Under the pieces are notes generated by a model. That model searched no databases. It saw only the letters and a list, made by a program, of their open reading frames with translations, and was not told the origin of the DNA. From Rikenellaceae bacterium (GTDB taxonomy: Bacteria > Bacteroidota > Bacteroidia > Bacteroidales > Rikenellaceae), in the NCBI GenBank assembly GCA_020859745.1, contig JAJBVQ010000260.1:1-49766 (forward strand): a stretch of DNA of 49,766 nucleotides, in the 5' to 3' direction. How positions within the stretch are numbered: the first letter of the stretch is position 1; the number at the start of each line of letters is the position of its first letter. Position numbers and translations under genes: made by a program. Below are positions 9,845 to 20,030 of the stretch, one piece after another.

Positions 9845-12031
9845 ATGTTTTCCATCCCTGAGCTCATCGCTCGCCAGCTTTCCCTCTCCTCTCTCAGTCA
9901 GGCAGAAAATACGATCCGTTTGCTGGACGACGGTTGTACCGTTCCGTTCATCAGCCGCTATCGCAAGGAGGCGACCGGGGGACTGGACGAGATCGCGGTC
10001 GAACGTATCCGCGAGTTGTATGGGAAGTATACCGAGCTGGAAAAACGAAAAACCACCGTCCTCCAGACCATCGAAGAACAGGGGAAACTGACCCCGCAAC
10101 TGAAGGCCGCCATTGCCGACTGCGCGGATATGGCGGTGTTGGAAGACCTCTATTTGCCTTATAAACCGAAACGTCGTACGCGGGGAACGATAGCCCGGGA
10201 GAAAGGTTTGGAGCCGCTGGCGAGGATGATTATGGGACAATCCGTTGCCGGTGATTTGCGGACAGTCGCGGAGCAGTTTGTGAAGGGCGATGTTGTGCCG
10301 GATGCGGACGCGGCTTTGGCGGGGGCTTCGGACATTATCGCGGAATGGGTCAGTGAGTCGGCTGCGGCGCGGGACAGCGTTCGCCGGACTTTCGCCTCGA
10401 ACGGGATCATCGTTTCGAAGATCGCCAAAGGGGCGGATACGAATAAGGAAGAGTCGGCCAAGTTTTCGGACTACTACGATTGGAGCGAACCGCTGCGGCG
10501 GTGTGCGAGCCACCGGCTGATGGCGATGGCAAGGGGCGAAAAGGCGGGTGTGCTGCGCTTGTCACTGGGGCTGGATGCCGCTCAGGAAGAGAGTTTATCG
10601 GGACGTCTGAACCGGATATTCGTGCGGCGGGAGGCGAAAAACCGGGAGGCCATCGATTTTGTGTGCCGTGCTGTGGCGGACGGATATAAACGGCTGGTCA
10701 AGCCTTCCATCGAGACCGAACTGTTGGGCGTGGCCAAAGAGCGGGCGGACGAGGAGGCGATCAAAGTCTTTGCGGAAAACCTGCGGCAGCTGTTGCTGGC
10801 GGCTCCGTTGGGGCAGAAAAACATACTGGCGGTCGATCCGGGGTTCCGGACGGGCTGCAAGGTGGTCTGCCTCGACCGGCAGGGAAATCTTTTGCACAAC
10901 GAGACGATTTACCCGCATGCGCCGCAGAGCAAGCGGGCCGAAGCGGGAGAGGCGCTTCGGCGCATGGTGCGGCAATACGGTGTCGAGGCGATTGCCGTGG
11001 GAAACGGGACCGCCGGGCGTGAAACCGAACAATTGGTACGGGATTTGCGCCTGGATATGACGGACGGGAGCGGGCCGGTGCCGGTTTATATGGTGAGCGA
11101 GGACGGTGCGTCGGTCTATTCGGCGTCTGCGACGGCACGGGAGGAGTTTCCCGATTATGACGTGACCGTGCGCGGCTCGGTGTCGATCGGGCGCAGGCTG
11201 ATGGATCCGCTGGCGGAGCTGGTCAAGATCGACCCGAAGTCGATCGGCGTGGGACAGTACCAGCACGACGTGGATCAGACGAAGCTCAAACGCAGTTTGG
11301 ATACGGTGGTGGAAAGCTGTGTGAACCGGGTGGGCGTAAGCCTCAATACGGCTTCGAAACACCTTCTGGCCTATGTGTCCGGACTGGGGCCGGTGCTGGC
11401 GGGGAATATCGTGGAGTACCGCGCGGCGAACGGGGCGTTCCGTTCGCGGAAAGAGTTACTGAAGGTGCCGCGGCTCGGGACGAAATCGTTCGAGCAGTCG
11501 GCGGGATTCCTGCGTATCGAGGGGGCGGCCAACCCGCTGGACGATACGGCCGTGCATCCCGAATCCTATCCTATTGTAGAAAAAATGGCAGCTGATCTGG
11601 GCGTAACGGTCGGCGAGCTGGTAAAAAACGAATCTCTACGCCAAAAAATCAATCTTAACCACTACGTAACCAAAGGCGTAGGCATTCAAACACTCACACA
11701 AATCATGAGCGAATTTTCGAAAGAGGGGCGCGATCCGCGCACCGAGAACCTGAACTTCCAGTTCGCAGAAGGCATCAACTCGATCAACGACCTCCAGGAA
11801 GGCATGGTACTTCCGGGTATCGTGACCAACATCACCAACTTCGGCGTTTTCGTCGATGTGGGAGCCAAACAGGACGGTTTGGTACATATCTCGCAGCTGG
11901 CCAATAAATTTGTCCAGAACCCGGCGGACGTTGTCAGCCTGAACCAGGAAGTAAAGGTGAAAGTCATGGAAGTGGACATGGGCCGCAAGCGCATCAGCCT
12001 CTCTATGAAAGCCCTGCTGAACGAAGAATAA
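9845..12031 (+). CDS. tex: Tex family transcriptional accessory protein (YqgF/HhH/S1 domains)
   Basis: TVPFISRYRKEATG, DPGFRTGCK, EDGASVYSAS, DPKSIGVGQYQHDV, C-terminal S1 domain. Confidence 0.93.
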   Translation: MFSIPELIARQLSLSSLSQAENTIRLLDDGCTVPFISRYRKEATGGLDEIAVERIRELYGKYTELEKRKTTVLQTIEEQGKLTPQLKAAIADCADMAVLEDLYLPYKPKRRTRGTIAREKGLEPLARMIMGQSVAGDLRTVAEQFVKGDVVPDADAALAGASDIIAEWVSESAAARDSVRRTFASNGIIVSKIAKGADTNKEESAKFSDYYDWSEPLRRCASHRLMAMARGEKAGVLRLSLGLDAAQEESLSGRLNRIFVRREAKNREAIDFVCRAVADGYKRLVKPSIETELLGVAKERADEEAIKVFAENLRQLLLAAPLGQKNILAVDPGFRTGCKVVCLDRQGNLLHNETIYPHAPQSKRAEAGEALRRMVRQYGVEAIAVGNGTAGRETEQLVRDLRLDMTDGSGPVPVYMVSEDGASVYSASATAREEFPDYDVTVRGSVSIGRRLMDPLAELVKIDPKSIGVGQYQHDVDQTKLKRSLDTVVESCVNRVGVSLNTASKHLLAYVSGLGPVLAGNIVEYRAANGAFRSRKELLKVPRLGTKSFEQSAGFLRIEGAANPLDDTAVHPESYPIVEKMAADLGVTVGELVKNESLRQKINLNHYVTKGVGIQTLTQIMSEFSKEGRDPRTENLNFQFAEGINSINDLQEGMVLPGIVTNITNFGVFVDVGAKQDGLVHISQLANKFVQNPADVVSLNQEVKVKVMEVDMGRKRISLSMKALLNEE

Positions 12032-12051
12032 TCTATCGTATCTTCTGACCC

Positions 12052-12087
12052 GGCGGCCTCGTTCTTCGGAACGGGGCCGCCTATTTT
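12052..12087 (+). terminator. Intrinsic terminator after tex
   Basis: GGCGGCCTCGTTC-TTCG-GAACGGGGCCGCC followed by TATTTT. Confidence 0.8.
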
Positions 12088-12094
12088 ATATCCT

Positions 12095-12110
12095 CGGCAC
12101 AGGGTTTGCA
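12095..12110 (+). promoter_or_regulatory. Putative sigma-54 promoter upstream of ric
   Basis: CGGCACAGGGTTTGCA is close to consensus TGGCAC-N5-TTGCW. Confidence 0.55.
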
Positions 12111-12143
12111 GTATTTGCGGAAGAAATATAAAAAACTATCGTT

Positions 12144-12884
12144 ATGAAATTTGCCAGTATGACCGTGGGCGAAATCGCGGCGGCATATCCCGATGCCACC
12201 GATATATTCACCCAATACGGAATAGACTACTGCTGCGGCGGGAAGCGTAATTTTACGGAAGCCACCCGTTCACACGGGCTCGATCCCGACGAGGTTGAAC
12301 GGGAGATCATCGGCCACGAGCAATCGACCGCGCGATTGAACGACAAGCTGAATAACTTCTCCATTCCACAGATTATCGACCATATCCTGGCCTATCACCA
12401 TGCCTATGTGCGGGACCGGAGGCAGAAATTGCCTCCGCTGGCCAAAAAGGTCGCATCGACGCACGGCCAACGCCATCCGGAGCTGGTGGAGGTAGCGCAG
12501 CTCACCGAGAACCTTTTCGATGAGCTGGAAGTCCATATGCGCAAAGAGGAAGAGGTGCTGTTTCCGGCTATCAGGGCATTGGTGTCGAACGAGGAAAAGG
12601 GGACTCCCCTGCCCCAGATGCGTTTCGCGTCGATCGACCAGCCTATCGCCGCGATGGAGCGCGACCATAGCCAGACGGGCGGCGAATTGTACGACCTCAG
12701 ACGCCTGACGAACGACTTTACCGTCCCGGAGGAGGGCTGCGTTTCGTACAGGGAACTCTATGACGGGCTCAGGGATATGCAGGCCAATACGTTCGAACAC
12801 GTGCATCTGGAAAACAACATCCTTTTCCCGCGGGCCCTTGAATTGGAACGCACTGTGCGGCAGGAGTCGGCGAACGGTTTTTAG
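12144..12884 (+). CDS. ric: Iron-sulfur cluster repair di-iron protein (YtfE/ScdA/RIC)
   Basis: GIDYCCGG, hemerythrin motifs HHAY, HMRKEEEVLFP, HVHLENNILFP. Confidence 0.92.
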   Translation: MKFASMTVGEIAAAYPDATDIFTQYGIDYCCGGKRNFTEATRSHGLDPDEVEREIIGHEQSTARLNDKLNNFSIPQIIDHILAYHHAYVRDRRQKLPPLAKKVASTHGQRHPELVEVAQLTENLFDELEVHMRKEEEVLFPAIRALVSNEEKGTPLPQMRFASIDQPIAAMERDHSQTGGELYDLRRLTNDFTVPEEGCVSYRELYDGLRDMQANTFEHVHLENNILFPRALELERTVRQESANGF

Positions 12885-12938
12885 CATAAAATGCGTAATT
12901 TTGGGTCGCTTTTCGATAAAAGCGGCCTTTTTTTGCGC

Positions 12939-14288
12939 ATGCACAATCTCCTCCGATACCGTTCCGATTATCGCGAACTGCTGAGGCTCGGCCTACCCAT
13001 CATCGTGGGACAGCTCGGCATCGTGATCGTGGGCTTTATGGACAACTTGATGGTCGGCCGTTACGGGATGGACGACCTCGCAGCCGTATCGTTCGTGAAC
13101 AGCGTGTTCAACATTCCGATCCTTTTCGGCCTCGGGTTTTCGTACGGGCTGACGCCGCTCGTCGGGCAAAGTTTCGGGACGCGGGACACCTCGCGGATCG
13201 GCGAACTGCTCAAAAACGGTTTGGCGGTCAATGCGGCGGTCGGGGTAGTCCTGATGCTCGCGATGGGTGCGATCTTGCTGAATGTGGAGCATCTGGGGCA
13301 GCCTTCGGAACTGCTGCCGCTGATCCGGCCCTATTTCGCCTTGCAGTTGGCGTCGCTGTTGTTCGTGATGCTGTTCAACGGATTCAAACAGTTCGCCGAC
13401 GGAATTACCGACACGCGGCTGCCGATGTATGTCATGATCGGCGGGAATGTCCTGAACGTGGCAGGTAACTACATCCTGATCTACGGGAAACTAGGATTTC
13501 CGGCCATGGGAGCGACAGGGGCGGGTATTTCCACCCTGCTCACCCGCATACTGATGCCGCTGGTCTTTGCCGGGATCTTCTTTTACGGAGGACGCTACCG
13601 ACAGTACCGGCCTGCCTTCCGGCAGAGCGGTTTCCGCCGGTCGAGTGCGAAATTGCTGGCCAGGATGGGAACGATGGTCGGGCTGCAAATGGGGATCGAG
13701 AACGGTATGTTCAGCATCGCAGGGGTGATGATCGGCTGGCTGGGGACGGTCGAACTGGCTTCCCACCAGGTGATCCTGTCGGTATCGACGCTCGGGATTT
13801 TGCTCTACTACGGTACGGGAGCGGCGATTGCGATCCGGGTCAGCAATTTCTACGGGCGGAAGGATGTGGCGGGCGTTAGGCGAACCGCGGCGGCCGGTGT
13901 GCGGCTGATGGCCGCTATGGCGATGGCGATCTGCGGTGTGTTTTTGATATTGAGGCCGTTTATGGGGCGGATATTCAATGCGCCGCCGGAAGTGTGCGAT
14001 ATCGTGTCGGTCTTGATGTTGATCCTGCTGACTTTACAGGTCGGGGACGTGTTCCAGGTCACTTACGCCAATGCCCTGCGGGGGATGAACGACGTGACCT
14101 CGATGGCAGCGATCTCGTTCGTGGGCTATTTCGTGCTGGCGTTGCCGCTGTGTTATGTGTTCGGCTTCGTTTTGCACGGCGGCGTCGCCGGGATCTGGTG
14201 GGGGTTCCCGGTCGGATTGCTTTCGGCGGGGCTGATGATGAAGGGAAGGTTCGGATATTTGACTAAAAACAGGGAGTTGCATGGATAA
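12939..14288 (+). CDS. MATE family efflux transporter
   Basis: LGLPIIVGQ, DNLMVG, G.P.MG..GAG.ST motif, many TM segments; TAATTTTG box at 12896-12903 favours ATG 12939. Confidence 0.9.
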   Translation: MHNLLRYRSDYRELLRLGLPIIVGQLGIVIVGFMDNLMVGRYGMDDLAAVSFVNSVFNIPILFGLGFSYGLTPLVGQSFGTRDTSRIGELLKNGLAVNAAVGVVLMLAMGAILLNVEHLGQPSELLPLIRPYFALQLASLLFVMLFNGFKQFADGITDTRLPMYVMIGGNVLNVAGNYILIYGKLGFPAMGATGAGISTLLTRILMPLVFAGIFFYGGRYRQYRPAFRQSGFRRSSAKLLARMGTMVGLQMGIENGMFSIAGVMIGWLGTVELASHQVILSVSTLGILLYYGTGAAIAIRVSNFYGRKDVAGVRRTAAAGVRLMAAMAMAICGVFLILRPFMGRIFNAPPEVCDIVSVLMLILLTLQVGDVFQVTYANALRGMNDVTSMAAISFVGYFVLALPLCYVFGFVLHGGVAGIWWGFPVGLLSAGLMMKGRFGYLTKNRELHG

Positions 14289-15697
14289 GAAAACGACGAT
14301 CCGGGTTTCGCTGGTGGTGGCGATAGCCTTTTTCATGCAGTTCCTTGACACCACGGCGGTCAATACCGCCATTCCGGTCATGGCCGATGCGTTCGGCACC
14401 GACGTGGTGCACCTGAGTACGGGGATCACCTCGTACCTGATGGCGCTGGCGATCTTTATTCCCGTGAGCGGCTGGATCGCCGACCGCTACGGAACCCGGA
14501 AGGTGTTTTGCGCGGCCATTGCCTTTTTCATCCTCTCCTCCACCCTGTGCGGCACGTCGCAAAACCTGCTGCAATTCGTCGTTTACCGGATTATGCAGGG
14601 GATGGCCGGGGCGATGATGTCGCCCGTAGGGCGGCTCGCGGTGCTGAAAGTGACCCCCAAAGAGGATCTGCCCACGGCGATGAACTATATCACCATCCCC
14701 GCTTTGATGGCGCCGATCGTGGGGCCGCTGGTGGGGGGATACCTGACGACTTTCTGGTCGTGGCGCTGGATCTTTTACCTGAATGTGCCGATCAGCATCG
14801 CCTGCATCCTGTTGGCCTGGCACTATATCCCGGAAGAGGAGCCGCGCACGGGAAAAGCGGCGGTCAAAAAGCCGTTCGACTGGGTGGGCTTCGTATTGAG
14901 CGGCCTGGCGTTATCGGGCTTTATGTACGGGGTCGAGCTGTTCAGCAAATCCAATGTCCTATCTGGTCTCCGTCTCCACCGTGGCGGTCAGCCTGTTGAT
15001 CCTGTGGCTGAACGTATGGTATTCCAAACGCACGCCGTCGCCGCTGATCGATTATTCGGTGATGAAGGTGCGGACGTACAGCATAACGATCTGGGTCGGT
15101 TCCGTGTCGCGCATCGTGATCGGGGCGTTCCCTTACCTGGTGCCGCTGATGTTCCAGGAGGGTTTCGGGCTGAGTCCGTTCCAGTCGGGCCTGCTGTTCC
15201 TCTCCACGATGGTGGGCAACCTGTCGATGAAGTCGGCGACGGTATGCATCATCCGACATTTCAAGTTCCGGAGCATTTTGCTGGTCAACGGGTTCCTGGT
15301 CGCGCTGTTCACTTTCTTCACGGCATTGCTGCTGCCGGACACGCCGGTGTGGATCATCGTGGTTACGCTGTTCTGTTCCGGTTTGGTGCGGTCGATGCAG
15401 TTCAGCTCGCTCACGACGCTGGCTTTCGCCGATATCGCAGACCGGAAAATGACTTCGGCCAACACGCTGTACAGCACCATTCAACAGATGTCGACCGGTA
15501 TGGGGATCGCCGTCGGAGCCGTGGCCCTGCGGTTCGCCAATTTGATCGACAGCGGGGTGCCGGGACACTATACCGTGCCGGATTTCCGGCTGGCTTTCAT
15601 TTTTGTTGCGGCGATCGGTTTCCTGCACCTTTTCGGCTATACGTGGCTCAAACCGACTGCGGGTAATGCGGTGCGGATCAAGAAATCGGAGTCCTAA
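14281..15697 (+). pseudogene. DHA2-type MFS efflux transporter, frameshifted near 14956
   Basis: N-half (FMQFLDTTAVNTA, GWIADRYG, WRWIFYLNVP) is in the frame of 14281; the hydrophobic C-half continues in the frame of ORF 14954-15697. Confidence 0.85.
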
Positions 15698-15698
15698 A

Positions 15699-15729
15699 AA
15701 AGGAGTCTCGTCCGGTCTGAGGCTCCTTT
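15699..15729. terminator. Bidirectional intrinsic terminator
   Basis: AAAGGAGTCTC...GAGGCTCCTTT between convergent genes. Confidence 0.65.
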
Positions 15730-15748
15730 CATATTGTTTCGATCATCG

Positions 15749-16396
15749 TTAAATATTCCGGTTTTTCCGGTAGGTTTTGATGTCATCTATCGTGACGACC
15801 GGATAACCGTGTTCGCGGGCGAACCCGACCACCTGCGGCAGGCGGGCCATAGTCCCGTCCTCGTTGGTCAGTTCGCAGAGTACCGCATAGGGAGGCAATG
15901 CGGCGATGCGGGCCAGATCAACACTCCCTTCGGTGTGTCCCTCACGTTCCAGTACGCCTCCCGGCCGTGCGATCAGCGGAAATACATGTCCCGGCCTGCA
16001 CAGTGAATCCGGGACGGCATCCGGCGCTATCGCCGCGCGGATCGTCCGTATCCGGTCGGCGGCCGAAACACCGGTGGTCACGCCCTCCGCCGCCTCGATC
16101 GAGACCGTGAAGGCCGTTCCGTAGCGGCTGGTGTTGTTTTCGACCATAGGCGGGAGTCCCAGGGCATCGGCTTTTTCCTGTGGGATGCAAAGGCAGACGA
16201 TGCCGCTGCACGCCCGGATCATCAGGGCCATTTGCTCGGTCGTCATGCGGGAGGCGGCGAAGATCAGGTCGCCTTCGTTCTCGCGGTTCTCATCGTCCGT
16301 CAGCAGGATGCCTCTCCCCTCTTTCAAGGCTTCCGCCGCCCGCTCCACTCGCTCGGCAGGGCTGCCGTAACGAGCTAATAACGCAGGTTCCGCCAT
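15749..16396 (-). CDS. ribB: 3,4-dihydroxy-2-butanone 4-phosphate synthase
   Basis: [44 protein letters not shown]; ATG 16396 lies just after the upstream stop. Confidence 0.93.
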   Translation of the reverse strand: MAEPALLARYGSPAERVERAAEALKEGRGILLTDDENRENEGDLIFAASRMTTEQMALMIRACSGIVCLCIPQEKADALGLPPMVENNTSRYGTAFTVSIEAAEGVTTGVSAADRIRTIRAAIAPDAVPDSLCRPGHVFPLIARPGGVLEREGHTEGSVDLARIAALPPYAVLCELTNEDGTMARLPQVVGFAREHGYPVVTIDDIKTYRKNRNI

Positions 16397-16397
16397 G

Positions 16398-17015
16398 CTA
16401 TTTGACATATCCGACGGGATGGCACAACATCAGGGTTTGCGTTCCGGTCAGCTTCAGGGCCTTTTTCAGTTTGGCCTGGTCCATGCTGCCGCGCGGATAG
16501 GTAGCCAGTCCTGTCCCGGAGCAGAAAAGGGAGATGTTCTGCGACACGATCCCGGCGTCGAGCGCCGCCCAGGTGTCGTTGGTGTCCGTTACCAATACCA
16601 GTACCACGGGAGCTTCGGCCGGCCGGACATCCCCGGCTGAGAGCGGTTCGAGCGTCTGCGATTTGGGATTGTAGAGATAACTTCCCTCGGCGGTGCAGAC
16701 GTAGACTTTCACGTCCTGTTTATTCATGGCCGACGGGGCGGTCCGCTTGCCCGACTGCGGACGGTTGATGCCGTTGGCGGCCCATACCAGGTCAGAAAAG
16801 TCCTGAACGGATAGCATCCGGGGCGCGAAACTTTTGATGGACTGCCGTTTGGAGAGCGCCTGCATAACCGGTTCGCCCCGTTTGAGGTTCGGGGCATTCA
16901 GCTTGATCGGCTGCAAAGTTTGTGTTTGTGGCTCTACAGGTGTCGCGGCAATGGCAGGAACGCTCGCGGAAGCGATGCTTCCCGCTGCGAGCAAACAAAA
17001 CAAGGTGTGTTTCAT
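16398..17015 (-). CDS. Nitroreductase family (SagB/ThcOx-like) flavoprotein with probable signal peptide
   Basis: [30 protein letters not shown], terminal PVGY; hydrophobic N-terminus. Confidence 0.8.
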   Translation of the reverse strand: MKHTLFCLLAAGSIASASVPAIAATPVEPQTQTLQPIKLNAPNLKRGEPVMQALSKRQSIKSFAPRMLSVQDFSDLVWAANGINRPQSGKRTAPSAMNKQDVKVYVCTAEGSYLYNPKSQTLEPLSAGDVRPAEAPVVLVLVTDTNDTWAALDAGIVSQNISLFCSGTGLATYPRGSMDQAKLKKALKLTGTQTLMLCHPVGYVK

Positions 17016-17118
17016 AGCGTGTTTCGATTAGTTTGTTTTTATTGGACGAAACAAAATTAGCGAAGCTACCCGTGCCGGAATAATGCTATTTTTGCCTGAT
17101 AACCGCATATATTTGCAT

Positions 17119-17988
17119 ATGGCTATACTGGAGCGAAAAATCGTGCACGGCGTCGAATCGTCGTTCAGCCACATCGTTTATCCCCATTTCGTGCTGCCCC
17201 GCCACCGGCATGCCGAGTTCGAGCTGATGGTCGTCACGTCCGGCAGCGGCAAGCAGTTCGTCGGGGAGGGGGTTGCGGAGTATGAAGCGGGCGATATGGC
17301 GTTGATCGGCAGCAGCGTTCCCCATTTGCACCTGTGCAATGGGACGCTGAACGGCGAAACGGATAATCCGAGCGCCGGCGAGGCCCTTCAATTCCCTCCG
17401 TCGCTCTTTCCCGCCGATATGGAGGATCTGCCGGATTTCTCCCGCATCGCCCGGCTGCTCCGGAAAAGCCGTTACGGTATCCGGTTCCGCAACCCCGTAT
17501 TATCCGCACATGTTTTAGACCTGATGCAGGAGATAGACCGCCTCTCCGGAATAGAGCGGGTGATCCGGCTGTTCCGGATATTGGATACCCTTGGACAGTC
17601 TTCGGAATACGCTTTACTGTCCGGCGTCGAATACAATGCCGAAAACCGGATCATCGGGGGAGCTGATCCGGCCAGCCGGGTTTATACCTACCTGTTCAAC
17701 CATTTCCGCGAACCTGTGGAACTGGCCGCCGTGGCAGCTTACACGGGAATGAACCCGGCGGCCCTTTGCCGGGCCTTCCGGCAGCGGACCGATAAGAGCA
17801 TCTTCCGCTGCCTGGCCGAGATACGGGTCGAGCATGCCTGCAAATTGCTGACCCATTCCAAACTGACCGTCTCGCAGATCGCTTACGAATCGGGTTACAA
17901 TAACCTCTCCCACTTCAACCGCCAGTTCATGGGCATCATGCGGCGCACGCCGACCGATTACCGCAGCCAGATCAATGCGGCTTTTTAA
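17119..17988 (+). CDS. AraC family regulator with cupin sensor domain
   Basis: HRHAEFEL cupin; IAYESGYNNLSHFNRQF...TP HTH; TATATTTG box at 17108-17115. Confidence 0.9.
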   Translation: MAILERKIVHGVESSFSHIVYPHFVLPRHRHAEFELMVVTSGSGKQFVGEGVAEYEAGDMALIGSSVPHLHLCNGTLNGETDNPSAGEALQFPPSLFPADMEDLPDFSRIARLLRKSRYGIRFRNPVLSAHVLDLMQEIDRLSGIERVIRLFRILDTLGQSSEYALLSGVEYNAENRIIGGADPASRVYTYLFNHFREPVELAAVAAYTGMNPAALCRAFRQRTDKSIFRCLAEIRVEHACKLLTHSKLTVSQIAYESGYNNLSHFNRQFMGIMRRTPTDYRSQINAAF

Positions 17989-19355
17989 GCGAACAGGTCG
18001 TTCAGCGATTCGGTCATGCTGGGGTGCGTATAGACCGTATTGCTCAGTTCCCGGGCCGTTATCCCGTATTTCATGGCCAACGCCACCGTGTTGATGACCT
18101 CCTGGGAAGCCGGGCCGAAAAAGGTGCATCCCAGTATCCGGTCCGTTTTGGCGTCGATGACGGCTTTCAGCAGCCCCTCTGCCGTGCCCAGCGTGCCGGC
18201 GCGCGGGATCGAAGCGACGGGTATGCGGTTGATCCGGATACCGATGCCGGCTTTGAACGCTTCGGCCTCGCTCATCCCCACGCGCGAGAGCGGCGGTTCG
18301 ATAAAGACCGAATAAGGCACAGGCCCGCGGTTCTCCGTACTGCGGTCGCCCTGCCCGACCAGCTCTTCCCGGACGATCCGGTAATCGTCCAGCGAAATGT
18401 AAGTGAATTGCAGGCCTCCCTTGACGTCGCCGACCGCATAAATGTGCGGGGCCGTGGTATGCAGGCGGTCATCCACGATGATGGCGCCCCGTTCGTCGGT
18501 ACGCACGCCTGCCGCTTCCAGGTTCAGCCCTTGGGTGTAGAGGCGGCGGCCGGTCGCCAGAAGCACGGCGTCGGCTTCGACTTCGTATTCCCGTTCGTCT
18601 TGCGTGTTGGCGACCGAAACGGTCGCTCCGCCGGGCGTGTCCCGAATGGCCTGTACTTTTGCGTTCAGGTGAAAAGCTATGCCTCTCTTTTCCAACACCT
18701 CTTTAACGCTTTCGGCAATATCCCGGTCTTCGCGCGGGATCAGTTCCGAAAACCCTTCGAGAACAGTTACCTGCGAACCAAAACCGGCATACATCGAAGC
18801 GAATTCCAGTCCGATATAACCTCCGCCTACGATGACCAGCCGCGGGGGCAGGCTGTCGAGTTCCAGTATGGAGGTGCTGGTATAGACTTTCGAGCTTCCG
18901 CCGACGCCCGGAATCGGCGGGATGACGGTTTCGGCTCCCGTGTTGATGACGATGTGCCTTCCCTTGATCTCGATGGTTTCATCCTCTGTTTTGACGGCGA
19001 CCGTGTCCCGGGACACGAAACTTCCCTCACCGGTATAGACCGTGATCCGGTCGTTGTCTGCCAATTTGTGGAAATTTTTGTCCCGGAGTTTGGCAGTCAG
19101 GGCGTTTTTCTCTTCGATGGCCTGTTTATAGTAAGCCTTTTGCTGGTCGAAGGTCATGTGTCCGCATTCGGCGGCGAGGTTGGCTTTGTGGATCAGCGTC
19201 TTGGTCGGGATGCAGCCGATGTTGATGCAGGTACCCCCGTACATCATGTTCGAACGCTCGACCATAGCGACGCTCCAGCCGCGTTCGGCCAGTTCGGCGG
19301 CAAGGGTTTTGCCGCCCTTGCCGAAACCGATGATGATGGCATCGTATCCTTTCAT
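17985..19355 (-). CDS. rclA: RclA/YkgC-like pyridine nucleotide-disulfide oxidoreductase
   Basis: IIIGFGKGGKTLA, GGTCINIGCIPTK, GDVKGGLQFTYISLDDYRI, THPSMTE; adjacent to a DUF417 gene. Confidence 0.8.
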   Translation of the reverse strand: MKGYDAIIIGFGKGGKTLAAELAERGWSVAMVERSNMMYGGTCINIGCIPTKTLIHKANLAAECGHMTFDQQKAYYKQAIEEKNALTAKLRDKNFHKLADNDRITVYTGEGSFVSRDTVAVKTEDETIEIKGRHIVINTGAETVIPPIPGVGGSSKVYTSTSILELDSLPPRLVIVGGGYIGLEFASMYAGFGSQVTVLEGFSELIPREDRDIAESVKEVLEKRGIAFHLNAKVQAIRDTPGGATVSVANTQDEREYEVEADAVLLATGRRLYTQGLNLEAAGVRTDERGAIIVDDRLHTTAPHIYAVGDVKGGLQFTYISLDDYRIVREELVGQGDRSTENRGPVPYSVFIEPPLSRVGMSEAEAFKAGIGIRINRIPVASIPRAGTLGTAEGLLKAVIDAKTDRILGCTFFGPASQEVINTVALAMKYGITARELSNTVYTHPSMTESLNDLFA

Positions 19356-19357
19356 GG

Positions 19358-19951
19358 TTATTCCGGTTTTAAAGTTTTCAGTATCCTTCGGGCCGAGTCG
19401 GAAAGCAGGACTACGGCTCCGGCCAGTATGGCGGTGTCTTTGACGACCAACCGTCCCGCTCCGCTTAGCAGGGGGAATCCGTATTCCCCGCTGCCGAGAT
19501 CCGGTACCCAGACTTCGGGGGTGGTGACCAAAAAGGATAGTGTCCCGATGGTCATCACGATGGCGAGCAGGTCGCCGGCCAACCCTACTTTAGCAAAGAA
19601 GATGCCTAAGAATACCAGTACGCCGATCGTCATGATCAGCATGCCCAGCCCGCGCGAAAAGCCGTAGGTGTTGTTCTCCGCGTGCCATTGCCGCTTTTCA
19701 GCGTCGAATTCGCCCTCTTTCAGCTTGTAGCTTTTGTATTCCGGAGCCTTTTTCGAGTAGAAGAAGCTCATGAAAGGGGAGTTGGCAACGAACGGGACGA
19801 TCCCTTCGGCTTCGTAGCGGAAGAATTTCAGACCGCCGATCCAGACGAAAATAATGAGAATTGCGATTCGGATCAGCTTGATCCCCAAGGGGCCGGCGGA
19901 TGCGGCGGTTTGAAGGAATCGGCGGAAAATTCGGTTTGGTTTCTGTGTCAT
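19358..19951 (-). CDS. rclC: YkgB/RclC (DUF417) membrane protein
   Basis: WIGGLKF..YEAEGIVPFVANSP, TLSFLVTTPE, GAGRLVVKD; likely start MTQKPN at 19951. Confidence 0.8.
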   Translation of the reverse strand: MTQKPNRIFRRFLQTAASAGPLGIKLIRIAILIIFVWIGGLKFFRYEAEGIVPFVANSPFMSFFYSKKAPEYKSYKLKEGEFDAEKRQWHAENNTYGFSRGLGMLIMTIGVLVFLGIFFAKVGLAGDLLAIVMTIGTLSFLVTTPEVWVPDLGSGEYGFPLLSGAGRLVVKDTAILAGAVVLLSDSARRILKTLKPE

Positions 19952-20030
19952 GGTCTCGGTGTTTTTGATTACGGTACAAAGATCGTACACCGGGACCGGG
20001 GCGGGAATGGCTATTCTTCCGGCGGCGTTG

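Noticed and set aside
14281-15666. 461-aa intact MFS protein
   Set aside because: After about residue 226 the sequence becomes hydrophilic and non-homologous; the real TM helices are in another frame
18024-19667. 547-aa plus-strand ORF (and its copy at 38507-40150)
   Set aside because: Antisense shadow of rclA/rclC caused by GC-rich codon bias; no recognisable motifs
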